From: an uncultured Rikenella sp.
Lineage (GTDB): Bacteria > Bacteroidota > Bacteroidia > Bacteroidales > VadinHA17
NCBI GenBank assembly: GCA_964537135.1
Contig: CAZHZC010000011.1
Location: 59,848-123,847, forward strand
Reading direction: 5' to 3'
Length of the DNA stretch: 64,000 bases
A program made the position numbers and the translations under genes. Position 1 is the stretch's first letter, and every line of letters begins with the position of its first letter. A model generated the notes under the pieces. That model made no database searches. It had not been told where the DNA came from and saw only the letters and a list, made by a program, of their open reading frames with translations. This document shows positions 44,527 to 52,603 of this stretch, piece by piece.

Positions 44527-45698
44527 AATATTATTTTTGTGTTTCCGTTGCTCTCCACATGTGCATATGCAAGGTTATACTCACGGTCAAGCCGGTCAAT
44601 GTTACGCTGGTTTATGAAAGGATGAAAATTTACCGAGAACTGATCTTCAGCCTTTGTCATGCTGACCAGTCCGTTATTTTTCCCGTTATAGTTAAGGATA
44701 AAGTTTTCGCGTATCATTCTCAGGGCGTAGGTGAGGAAGCTCTTCTGCCTCTCCCTGCCTGTGGCTGCCAGCTCCTCTGACCAGGCTATCAGTTCCGGCA
44801 GGTCACGCCGGTAAGCTGTTCTCATCAGCCTGATAAAGCGGTCAAGGTGTGGGGTGCCCTCATCATCTTCACTCAGCAGCTTCATAGCCCTGACCATATT
44901 ACCGCCCGCTATGGCTGCTGCCTCTGAGGCTTTCCCGCGGTCAATACCCGGTAATGTGTAAAGGTATCTCTCCATCTCACCGGGCTCTATGGCGGGGATA
45001 CGTATATGCTGACACCTTGAGGTGATGGTTGGCAGCAGTCGCTCCTCCTCTTCGGAGATCAGTATAAAGAGGGTCTTTGCCGGTGGCTCTTCAATTATCT
45101 TCAGCAGCTTGTTGGCCGTCTCATTGTTCATCTTCTCAGGCAGCCATATGATCATTATCTTGAAGTCAGACTCAAACGACTTGAGGCTCAGCTTACGTAT
45201 GATCTCGGCAGCTTCAGCCACCGGTATGAGGGGCTGCTCATTGACCACCCCCATCGCCTCGTTCCAGGTGTCCAGTGAGAACCATGGTGAGCGTAAGACC
45301 ATCTCACGCCACTCAGGCAGGTAGGTGTCACTGACAGCTACCCCCTTCGCTCTCCTGTCACCCTCACGTACCGTGCCACTGCGTGCCTCGTCTGCCGCCT
45401 CACCCTTTTTGGTGCCCCGCTGCCCTGAGTCGCTCTTCTTCCGTATCACCGGAAAGACAAAGTGAAGATCGGGGTGTATCAGCTTCTCATACTTGACACA
45501 TGAGGCGCATCGGCCGCAGGCATCGTCACTGGTGCGGCTCTCACAGCTGATATAGCGTGCAAAGGCCATCGCCAGTGCAAACTTACCGCTACCCTCGGGG
45601 CCATAAAACAGCAGTGCATGACTGACCCGGTTACCTGCCACTGAGCTGCGTAGCCGGTCAATCACTGCACCCTGTCCCGGTATGTCTGAAAAGTTCAT
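44481..45698 (-). CDS. holB: DNA polymerase III subunit delta'
   Basis: Walker A GPEGSGKF, zinc module CGRCASC, sensor motif TSRCQ. 405 aa. Confidence 0.85.
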   Translation of the reverse strand: MNFSDIPGQGAVIDRLRSSVAGNRVSHALLFYGPEGSGKFALAMAFARYISCESRTSDDACGRCASCVKYEKLIHPDLHFVFPVIRKKSDSGQRGTKKGEAADEARSGTVREGDRRAKGVAVSDTYLPEWREMVLRSPWFSLDTWNEAMGVVNEQPLIPVAEAAEIIRKLSLKSFESDFKIMIIWLPEKMNNETANKLLKIIEEPPAKTLFILISEEEERLLPTITSRCQHIRIPAIEPGEMERYLYTLPGIDRGKASEAAAIAGGNMVRAMKLLSEDDEGTPHLDRFIRLMRTAYRRDLPELIAWSEELAATGRERQKSFLTYALRMIRENFILNYNGKNNGLVSMTKAEDQFSVNFHPFINQRNIDRLDREYNLAYAHVESNGNTKIIFLDLALKTMRLIIPR

Positions 45699-45720
45699 GT
45701 AGCCCTTCGCGTACGAAAGG

Positions 45721-45728
45721 CAAATTTA
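45721..45728 (-). promoter_or_regulatory. -7 promoter box TAAATTTG upstream of holB
   Basis: Exact TAnnTTTG on the minus strand, 23 nt upstream of the ATG at 45698. Confidence 0.45.
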
Positions 45729-45750
45729 ATAAAAAAGGGGAGAAATGTTC

Positions 45751-46251
45751 TCAGCTGATCGCAGCAAGAGCCTTGTCATAATCAGGCTCATGCACTATCT
45801 CAGGCACCAGCTCGGTATAGAGAACCTTGCCCTGCTCATCAGCAACCACCACGCTACGGGCGTAGAGGCCGGCCATCGGACCGTCAACAATATCAATACC
45901 GTATGATTTTCCAAACTGGCTGTCGCGGAAGCCGGAGAGGGTAACCACATTGTTGATACCCTCCGTGGAGCAGAAACGGCCATGAGCAAAGGGAAGGTCT
46001 TTTGAGACTGCCAGAACCACCGTGTTGTCACGGTCGGCAGCCAGCTGGTTGAACTTGCGCACCGAGGCGGCGCACACATCTGTGTCAAGGCTGGGGAAGA
46101 TGTTGAGTATAACCTTCTTGCCTGTAAGATCTTTCAGTGAGAGATGACTGAGGTCAGACTTGACCAGTGTAAAATCAGGTGCCTTGCTACCCTTGGCCGG
46201 CAGAGTGCCGGAGGTGTTAACAGGGTTACCTTTAAGTGTAATCTGTGCCAT
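45751..46251 (-). CDS. tpx: thiol peroxidase
   Basis: PSLDTDVCAAS peroxidatic Cys motif. 166 aa. Confidence 0.9.
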   Translation of the reverse strand: MAQITLKGNPVNTSGTLPAKGSKAPDFTLVKSDLSHLSLKDLTGKKVILNIFPSLDTDVCAASVRKFNQLAADRDNTVVLAVSKDLPFAHGRFCSTEGINNVVTLSGFRDSQFGKSYGIDIVDGPMAGLYARSVVVADEQGKVLYTELVPEIVHEPDYDKALAAIS

Positions 46252-46325
46252 GGTTTTTATTTTTTGTTAATTTATCACTTTTGACTTATGAACAATCAGA
46301 TGCTGATAAGGTTTTCAGGAATGGT

Positions 46326-46333
46326 TAACTTTG
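46326..46333 (+). promoter_or_regulatory. -7 promoter box TAACTTTG upstream of pgk
   Basis: Exact TAnnTTTG, 38 nt upstream of the ATG at 46372. Confidence 0.5.
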
Positions 46334-46371
46334 TGGTCGTTTATTAATCGGAAATTAAACAAATCAGCATA

Positions 46372-47637
46372 ATGAAGAGTATTGACAGCTTCAACTTCAA
46401 GGGTCTCACCGCTATCGTCAGGGTAGATTTCAATGTGCCGCTAGACAAGGAGAGTGGTGTGGTGAGTGATGACACCCGTATACGGGGGGCACTGAAGACA
46501 ATCAGGAAGATAACGGGCGACGGCGGGGCGGTGATACTGATGTCACACCTGGGCAGGCCCTCAGGGGTGATGCAGAAATATTCACTGCGGCCGGTGCTGC
46601 CGGTACTCTCTGAGCTGCTGGGGATGCCCGTATCGTTTGCCCCCGATGCGCTGGGCAGTGAGGCTGCCGCCATGGCCGAAGCACTGAAGCCCGGTGAGGT
46701 GATGATGCTTGAGAATGTGAGGTTCTATCCGGAAGAGGAGGGGAAGCCGGTAGTGCCGGAGGGGGCTGCCGATGAGGAGAGAGCCGCAGCCAGGGCGGAG
46801 ATGAAGGTGAAGCAGGAGGAGATGGCACGCAGGCTGGCGTCATATGCTGACGTCTATGTCAATGACGCGTTCGGAACGGCACACAGGGCACATGCATCAA
46901 CCACAGTCATTGCACGGTTCTTTAGTGAGGAGAGAAGGATGTTCGGGTACCTTATCAACAGTGAGCTGGCAGCCATGGATAAGGTGCTGCATCATGCCGC
47001 CAGACCATTCACGGCAGTGATGGGCGGAGCAAAGGTGTCAGATAAGATAATGATAATAGAGAACCTGCTCGACAAGGCCGATAACCTGATAATTGGCGGC
47101 GGGATGACCTACACCTTCATAAAGGCCATGGGAGGAGAGATAGGTAACTCACTGTGTGAAGATGATAAGCTGGAGGTGGCCCGGAGGGTGATAGTCAGGG
47201 CAGAGGAGAACGGGGTGAGGCTGCTGTTGCCGTCAGACAGCCTCAACGCTGACCGGTTTGCAGCTGATGCGGAGACCACAGTGACTGACATCGATAAGGT
47301 GGCTGAGGGATGGATGGGCCTTGACATAGGTCCGGAGTCGGTCAGGGAGTTTGAGAAGGTGATAATGGCGTCGGGAACAATACTGTGGAACGGACCGATG
47401 GGGGTGTTTGAGATGGAGAAGTTTGCGGCAGGAACCACCGCCATAGCACGTGCGGTGGCAGCAGCCACAGCAAAAGGAGCCTACTCACTGATCGGCGGGG
47501 GTGACTCGGTGGCAGCAATAAACCGCAACGGACTGGCTGACAAGGTGAGCTACCTCTCTACCGGAGGAGGGGCAATGCTTGAGTATATGGAGGGCAGGAA
47601 GCTGCCCGGGATCACTGCCATAACCGGTGAGAAGTGA
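46372..47637 (+). CDS. pgk: phosphoglycerate kinase
   Basis: VRVDFNVPL, MSHLGRP, GGGDS and STGGGAMLE motifs. 421 aa. Confidence 0.95.
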   Translation: MKSIDSFNFKGLTAIVRVDFNVPLDKESGVVSDDTRIRGALKTIRKITGDGGAVILMSHLGRPSGVMQKYSLRPVLPVLSELLGMPVSFAPDALGSEAAAMAEALKPGEVMMLENVRFYPEEEGKPVVPEGAADEERAAARAEMKVKQEEMARRLASYADVYVNDAFGTAHRAHASTTVIARFFSEERRMFGYLINSELAAMDKVLHHAARPFTAVMGGAKVSDKIMIIENLLDKADNLIIGGGMTYTFIKAMGGEIGNSLCEDDKLEVARRVIVRAEENGVRLLLPSDSLNADRFAADAETTVTDIDKVAEGWMGLDIGPESVREFEKVIMASGTILWNGPMGVFEMEKFAAGTTAIARAVAAATAKGAYSLIGGGDSVAAINRNGLADKVSYLSTGGGAMLEYMEGRKLPGITAITGEK

Positions 47638-48167
47638 TGAGACAGACTGTACTGTTATTGATATTTATTATACTTATCCCTGCCGGCTGCAGTAAGGATG
47701 ACCGCAGGGTGTCAGGCACCATAACCCTGACCAGTGAGCTCTATGAACGCGATGACTACTACTATGCGCTGGGGCTCTCCTTTGAGGAGGGGAAGGCGGT
47801 GCCCACCCTCCCTGACCAGAACAGGGCTGACATAACCGTAGGGGCCGGACCGGTGGGGGGTGGTGAGGTGGTGGCCTACCTGGGTGCCAACACCTTCAAG
47901 CCGCCATTTGCCCTGGCAGGCAGCTATGATAATGCCGGCGAGGCAGCCACAGCCTTCAAGGAGCTGAAGAGCGTAGGCAGCTACAGCTGGCTCGACCTGG
48001 CAGCCCCGCTGGCCGCCAACCAGGTGTGGGTGATGAAGAGACGTGACGGCAGCTATGCCAAGCTGAGGATAATAGCTGTCACCCTCGATACCAGCGGCGG
48101 CGAACACTATGCGTCGTGTGAGCTGCAGTGGGTGTGGCAGCCCGACGGCTCACCTACCTTCCCGTAG
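47634..48167 (+). CDS. hypothetical lipoprotein
   Basis: Lipobox LIPAGCSKDD. The GTG/ATG start overlaps the pgk stop (GTGATGA). No family recognised. Confidence 0.5.
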   Translation: MMRQTVLLLIFIILIPAGCSKDDRRVSGTITLTSELYERDDYYYALGLSFEEGKAVPTLPDQNRADITVGAGPVGGGEVVAYLGANTFKPPFALAGSYDNAGEAATAFKELKSVGSYSWLDLAAPLAANQVWVMKRRDGSYAKLRIIAVTLDTSGGEHYASCELQWVWQPDGSPTFP

Positions 48168-48184
48168 AGCAGAGGTGAGTCACC

Positions 48185-48314
48185 GTGTCTGTGCGAGCTG
48201 CTGAGTGTGGCTGAGTCGCAGTGTCTGTGAGAGCTGCTTAGTGTGAGAGGGTTGTCGTGTCTGGGAGAGCTGCAAAGTATGAGCGGGACGCAGAATGTTA
48301 GTGAGTCGGACGGG
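48185..48314. repeat. 36-nt tandem repeat x3.6 (gtgtctgtg.gagctgct.agtgtg...)
   Basis: Units 48185-48220, 48221-48256, 48257-48292 and a partial 48293-48314. The array lies between the lipoprotein stop and the LuxE-like gene start. Confidence 0.85.
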
Positions 48315-48353
48315 TATCCGGGAGGGATATTGCATATATAAGTTTCTGATATT

Positions 48354-49343
48354 ATGAGAGAGCCGCTGAGAGAGGAGATATTTGCTGTCACCGGGGAAGA
48401 TAGCTTCGAGCGGCTGGCACTGGAGATCTTTCGTTTTCAGGCAGACCACTCTCCCCTCTACCGTCGCTGGATATCACTGCTCGGTATAGACCCCGGCGTG
48501 GTCAGGTCGCTGCTCGCTATCCCCTTCATGCCTGTCACCTTCTTCAGAGACCACCGGGTGATGACCGGCACGGGTGAGGCAGAGAGGCTCTTCCTCAGCA
48601 GCGGCACCACCGGTATGCAACGTAGCCGCCACTATGTCAAGGAGATCGCTATCTATGACGAGAGCCTCGAGCGCACCTTCAGACACTTCTATGGCGACCC
48701 GTCACAATATGCCATCATGGCACTGCTGCCATCATACCTTGAGAGCGGTGAGTCATCACTCATCTATATGGTCAACAGGCTTATACATCTCTCCGGCAAC
48801 GGGTATGGCGGCTTCCTTGCCACCGACCGCGATCTTCTGCTGCGCACCATCGAGAGGGCGCGGGGGGCAGGAAAGAAGGTGCTGCTGATAGGGGTGACCT
48901 ATGCACTGCTTGACCTGGCCGAAGGGCCTTTGTGTGACCTCTCCGATATCATAGTGATGGAGACCGGAGGCATGAAGGGCAGACGACGGGAGATGATCAG
49001 GGAGGAGGTGCACAGGATCATTATGGAGGCTTTTGGTGTGCCGGCGGTACACTCTGAATATGGTATGACAGAGCTGCTGAGCCAGGCCTACTCACCGGGG
49101 AGAGGCCTCTTTGCCACACCGCCCTGGATGAAGGTGGTGATACGTGACAGCCATGACCCTATGTCACACAGCCTCAGCGAGGGAGCGGCAGGCGGTATCA
49201 GCATCATTGACCTGGCCAACCTGTGGTCATGCTCGTTCATTGCCACCTCCGACCTGGGACGTCTCCACCAGGATGGCCGGTTTGAGGTGCAGGGCCGGTT
49301 TGACAATGCCGACCTCAGGGGGTGTAACCTGCTGGTAGATTGA
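48354..49343 (+). CDS. LuxE/PaaK-like adenylate-forming enzyme (acyl-protein synthetase family)
   Basis: FLSSGTTG (AMP-binding-type P-loop), ETGGMKGRR, YGMTEL. 329 aa. The family assignment is by motif only. Confidence 0.6.
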   Translation: MREPLREEIFAVTGEDSFERLALEIFRFQADHSPLYRRWISLLGIDPGVVRSLLAIPFMPVTFFRDHRVMTGTGEAERLFLSSGTTGMQRSRHYVKEIAIYDESLERTFRHFYGDPSQYAIMALLPSYLESGESSLIYMVNRLIHLSGNGYGGFLATDRDLLLRTIERARGAGKKVLLIGVTYALLDLAEGPLCDLSDIIVMETGGMKGRRREMIREEVHRIIMEAFGVPAVHSEYGMTELLSQAYSPGRGLFATPPWMKVVIRDSHDPMSHSLSEGAAGGISIIDLANLWSCSFIATSDLGRLHQDGRFEVQGRFDNADLRGCNLLVD

Positions 49344-49380
49344 GGGGCTCATGCCCCGCCTCTATCAGGAGTCATACCGG

Positions 49381-49530
49381 TTGCCACTCTGCCACTCTGC
49401 CGGTCATGCCACCTGCCGCTCTGCCGGTCTGCCGGCCATGCCACCTGCCGCTCTGTCGGTCATGCCACCTGCCACCTGCCGGTCTGCCGGTCATGCCACC
49501 TGCCGCTCTGCCGGTCATCCCACCAGCCAG
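49381..49530. repeat. tandem 23-32 nt units (ctgccggtcatgccacctgccgct and a variant with an extra ctgccggt)
   Basis: Five units at 49397-49420, 49421-49452, 49453-49475, 49476-49507 and 49508-49530, in a convergent spacer. The flanking cagattcatccc (49528-49539) resembles gagattcatacc (49568-49579), which contains the Stealth gene stop codon. Confidence 0.85.
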
Positions 49531-49572
49531 ATTCATCCCTTAGCCGGCAGTGCAAAAGACCTCAGATGAGAT

Positions 49573-50586
49573 TCATACCAGCCCTATCACCTCATCGAGC
49601 CATCCAAACAGCCTCTCGCGGGCTGTGGGGCTGCAGCGGTCAAGGCTCTGTGTACAGACAAAGCGTATCGAATGGTCATTCTCAAACCTCCTGATCTTCT
49701 TGCTGACATACCCCTCTTCACGATTCTCAGGCTTGAGGTAGAGCAGTCCGGGCAGAGCAATGTTCCTGTTGCCGGCCAGCAGCTGCAGGTGGTTGGAGAG
49801 GGCGATAACGGTGAACTGCCGGTTGTCGCGAAAGCGGTATGAGATATTCTCCTCCAGCAGCTGCTGCCGGGTGCTGAAAAACTGTGCCAGCAGCTTGCGG
49901 TTGACAACGTGGGGTGTATGGCTGTTGGTGAAGTACCTCATGCGGTAACCCAGCAGGCGGGCTGCACGCCACTGGCCGGTATGGAATGATGGTCGCGGCT
50001 GGTAGTCTCTCCTGCCGCTGAAGAGCCTGACAGCCCATGGTGCCATGGCATGATAGAGGCTTCTGGGCAGCGGGGCAGGAACCCATCGTCCCCTGAGTAC
50101 CGGCAGCTCATCCACAAACCAGTCGCCCGGAGTGGTGGGCCTGACAAGGAACATATCATCATTGAGGTAGATAAAGCGGTCGGCCAGCTCACCGATACGC
50201 CACATCATCGTCTCAATACTCCGGCTGTTGAAGGTGGGGAGCCACCTCTCATACCCGTTGAAGATCTCGGTATGATCAACAATCTTTACTGAGGAGGCCC
50301 TGCCGGGAAAAAACCTCTCCACCTCATCACTGAGGCACGGATCCTGACCGTCGGTGATGATAAAAACATTCCTGACAAAGGGGGCAAAGCGGAAGAGGGA
50401 GAGCAGGCAGTAGCGTATCTCATTGAGTGATGCAAAGCGGGTAGGGTGGGCGCCTGACGAGAGAGAGGGTATACCGCTGCCGGCATAGCGGCTCCTCTTC
50501 GCTGCCAGAAGAGGGTCGCTGCCGTCAACCCATGTTATGACAGCATCAATCGGACAGTCCGGTGCGGCGCTTCTTCTTCCAGGCAT
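49573..50586 (-). CDS. Stealth-family hexose-1-phosphoryltransferase
   Basis: Stealth CR1 IDAVITWVDGSDP, CR2 NEIRYCLLSL...IITDGQDP, CR3 IYLNDDMFL, CR4 region NSHTPHVV. Confidence 0.85.
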   Translation of the reverse strand: MPGRRSAAPDCPIDAVITWVDGSDPLLAAKRSRYAGSGIPSLSSGAHPTRFASLNEIRYCLLSLFRFAPFVRNVFIITDGQDPCLSDEVERFFPGRASSVKIVDHTEIFNGYERWLPTFNSRSIETMMWRIGELADRFIYLNDDMFLVRPTTPGDWFVDELPVLRGRWVPAPLPRSLYHAMAPWAVRLFSGRRDYQPRPSFHTGQWRAARLLGYRMRYFTNSHTPHVVNRKLLAQFFSTRQQLLEENISYRFRDNRQFTVIALSNHLQLLAGNRNIALPGLLYLKPENREEGYVSKKIRRFENDHSIRFVCTQSLDRCSPTARERLFGWLDEVIGLV

Positions 50587-50596
50587 GATGATGGTT

Positions 50597-50604
50597 CAAA
50601 CTTA
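50597..50604 (-). promoter_or_regulatory. -7 promoter box TAAGTTTG upstream of the Stealth gene
   Basis: Exact TAnnTTTG on the minus strand only 11 nt upstream of the ATG at 50586. This would imply a nearly leaderless mRNA. Confidence 0.3.
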
Positions 50605-50725
50605 CGTAAAATGATTGTATCACCGGCGGGTAGGATTAACGCTGCAGTGACCTTTTGCCCAAATTGAAGGTACTAATTGCTTTATTGTTTTATTTTTTCT
50701 CACTTTTGTGTGAAATTATGATGAG

Positions 50726-51574
50726 ATGGCTGCGGAGGACAAGAGAAGGATAGCGGTGATCTCCATGGCAAGGAATGACCAGCTCTTCATCGCCAGGTGG
50801 ATCAGCTACTACGGCAGTCAGCTGGGTCATGAGAACCTCTTCCTGATACTCGACGGCCATGACCAGCCACTCCCCGGCTCCCACCCGCCCGTCAATGTAC
50901 TGAGGGTGCCTGCCGGGAGGTATGGCAGGGCTGTGGGCGACAGGAATCGTGCAGCCATCGTCACCTCACTGGCAAGGGCCCTCTTCCGCAGGTATGATAT
51001 TGTCATAGCACATGATATCGATGAGATCCTGGTGGCTGACCCGGCCGTTTCACCCGGACTGGCCCACTATCTGCAGGATCGTGGCGGTCACGCGTCGCTC
51101 TCAGCCCTCGGCCTTGATGTGGGGCAACATCTCGACAATGAGCAGCCTGTCGATATATCGAGGCCCCTCCTTCAGCAACGCAGCTATGCACATGTCTCTG
51201 CCCGGTATACCAAGGCGGTGGTAGCTCTCAGGCCCGTGACATGGGGCTCAGGCTTTCACCGGGTGCGCAACCGCAACTTCCGTATTGACCCCAACCTCTA
51301 CCTCTTCCACTTTGGCATGGCTGACTATGCCACCTCACAGGCGAAGGAGGCGAGCAGTGAGCTGATCGAGGCTGGCTGGAAGGGACACCTTGACCGCAGG
51401 TATGAGCTGTTGGACCTTATCAGGACGAAGGAGGCGATGGATGGCGATACCTTCTTCAGGGAGGCAAGGAGGAGGCAGACCCTCTTCCGGCCGATATATG
51501 CACCCAACAAGCCGGGCATGCTGCGCGAAAAGCCGGTGATACGTATCCCGGAACGGTTCAGGGATATAGTCTGA
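50726..51574 (+). CDS. GT-A-fold glycosyltransferase-like protein (family 2-like)
   Basis: IAVISMARNDQLFIARWISYYGSQLGHENLFLILDGHDQ and an acidic motif HDIDE. 282 aa. Family not resolved. Confidence 0.5.
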   Translation: MAAEDKRRIAVISMARNDQLFIARWISYYGSQLGHENLFLILDGHDQPLPGSHPPVNVLRVPAGRYGRAVGDRNRAAIVTSLARALFRRYDIVIAHDIDEILVADPAVSPGLAHYLQDRGGHASLSALGLDVGQHLDNEQPVDISRPLLQQRSYAHVSARYTKAVVALRPVTWGSGFHRVRNRNFRIDPNLYLFHFGMADYATSQAKEASSELIEAGWKGHLDRRYELLDLIRTKEAMDGDTFFREARRRQTLFRPIYAPNKPGMLREKPVIRIPERFRDIV

Positions 51575-51661
51575 ATAGAACATAAGGGATATAGTATGTA
51601 TAGAACATCAGAGAAATAGCCTGAATAGAGCATCAGGGGATATAGTCTGAATAGAACATAA
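51561..51661. repeat. 25-nt tandem repeat x4 (gggatatagtctgaatagaacataa) starting inside the glycosyltransferase 3' end
   Basis: Copies at 51561-51585 (contains the last 4 codons plus the TGA at 51572-51574), 51586-51610, 51611-51635 and 51636-51661. Confidence 0.9.
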
Positions 51662-51681
51662 ATCTGGAAACAGCTGACACA

Positions 51682-52476
51682 GTGAGATTGAAATATCGTT
51701 TAATGAAGGCCTACAGGGAGTTTATCTTCCGGCTGAGCGCATCTGAAAACCCACTCTTCCTCGCCTACTGCAGATATATTTACAAGCCTGAGCCACATTC
51801 CATCAGAGAGTATATTGACCGCTATTCACGTTCACGCAAAGAGGTGACATTCATCCAGGTGGGCGCCAATGACGGCTTCCTGCATGACCCGCTGCACTAC
51901 TTCATAAAGAGGGATAACTGGCGCGGAGTGCAGCTGGAGCCACAGCCTGACGTATACAGAAACTACCTGGTCAGGCTCCATGCCGCAAGGCCGGCGATTG
52001 AGGCTATCAATGCAGCCCTCGACCGGTATGACGGAACGAGAACTTTCTACAGGCTGGCCATCAGCAATGAGCGGTGGGCGAACGGACTGTCGGGTTTCCG
52101 GAGAGAGGTGCTGGAGAAGAAGATCGAAGAGGGCACCATGATGAAGCATATACGCCGGCAGGGTGTTGAGCTGCCGGAAAACAGGGATGACTATATTGTA
52201 TCTGAGGAGGTGGCTACGATAAGCCCCGGGACTCTTCTCAGCAGGTTTGAAGGAAAGACACCTGACCTGCTGGCCATAGACACCGAAGGGTATGACTATG
52301 AGATACTGAAGATAATTGACCTTGACAGGATTACGCCTGAGGTGATAATCTATGAGGAGGCACTCTTTGATGAGGAGACAGCCCGGGAGTGCCGGGAGTA
52401 CGTTGAAGCCCACGGATATAATTACCGCTCTTACGGAAGGGATGCCCTGGCGGTGAAGAGATCGATGGTCTGCTGA
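51682..52476 (+). CDS. FkbM-family methyltransferase
   Basis: VTFIQVGANDG...LLAIDTEGYDYEILK motifs. The track start is a GTG at 51682, with an alternative ATG at 51703. Confidence 0.8.
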   Translation: MRLKYRLMKAYREFIFRLSASENPLFLAYCRYIYKPEPHSIREYIDRYSRSRKEVTFIQVGANDGFLHDPLHYFIKRDNWRGVQLEPQPDVYRNYLVRLHAARPAIEAINAALDRYDGTRTFYRLAISNERWANGLSGFRREVLEKKIEEGTMMKHIRRQGVELPENRDDYIVSEEVATISPGTLLSRFEGKTPDLLAIDTEGYDYEILKIIDLDRITPEVIIYEEALFDEETARECREYVEAHGYNYRSYGRDALAVKRSMVC

Positions 52477-52554
52477 CCGGCCCGCAGAAGTAAATCGTCG
52501 CCTGCAGGACGGCCGGCAGAAGCAACCCACGGTGATCAGGCCGGCCCGCAGAAA
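52474..52554. repeat. three copies of ccgg(cc)cgcagaa at ~32-nt spacing, the first overlapping the FkbM stop codon
   Basis: tgaccggcccgcagaag at 52474-52490, gacggccggcagaag at 52508-52522, ccggcccgcagaa at 52541-52553. Confidence 0.7.
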
Positions 52555-52603
52555 TTTCCTCCCTGGCTTAACCTGCCGGGAGTATTGACTTGATAAACAA
52601 CAG

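Noticed and set aside
49340-49569. Repetitive ORFs (67 and 72 aa, MPPAALPV...) across the 49381-49530 repeat. Similar repeat-encoded ORFs occur at 54304-54583, 55738-56005, 56960-57445, 14003-14575 and 35499-35726.
   Set aside because: Their open frames are a consequence of stop-poor tandem repeats. They have alternative or weak starts, lie in spacers between well-supported genes, and no domain or signal features are visible. Translation cannot be excluded without ribosome profiling or proteomics.
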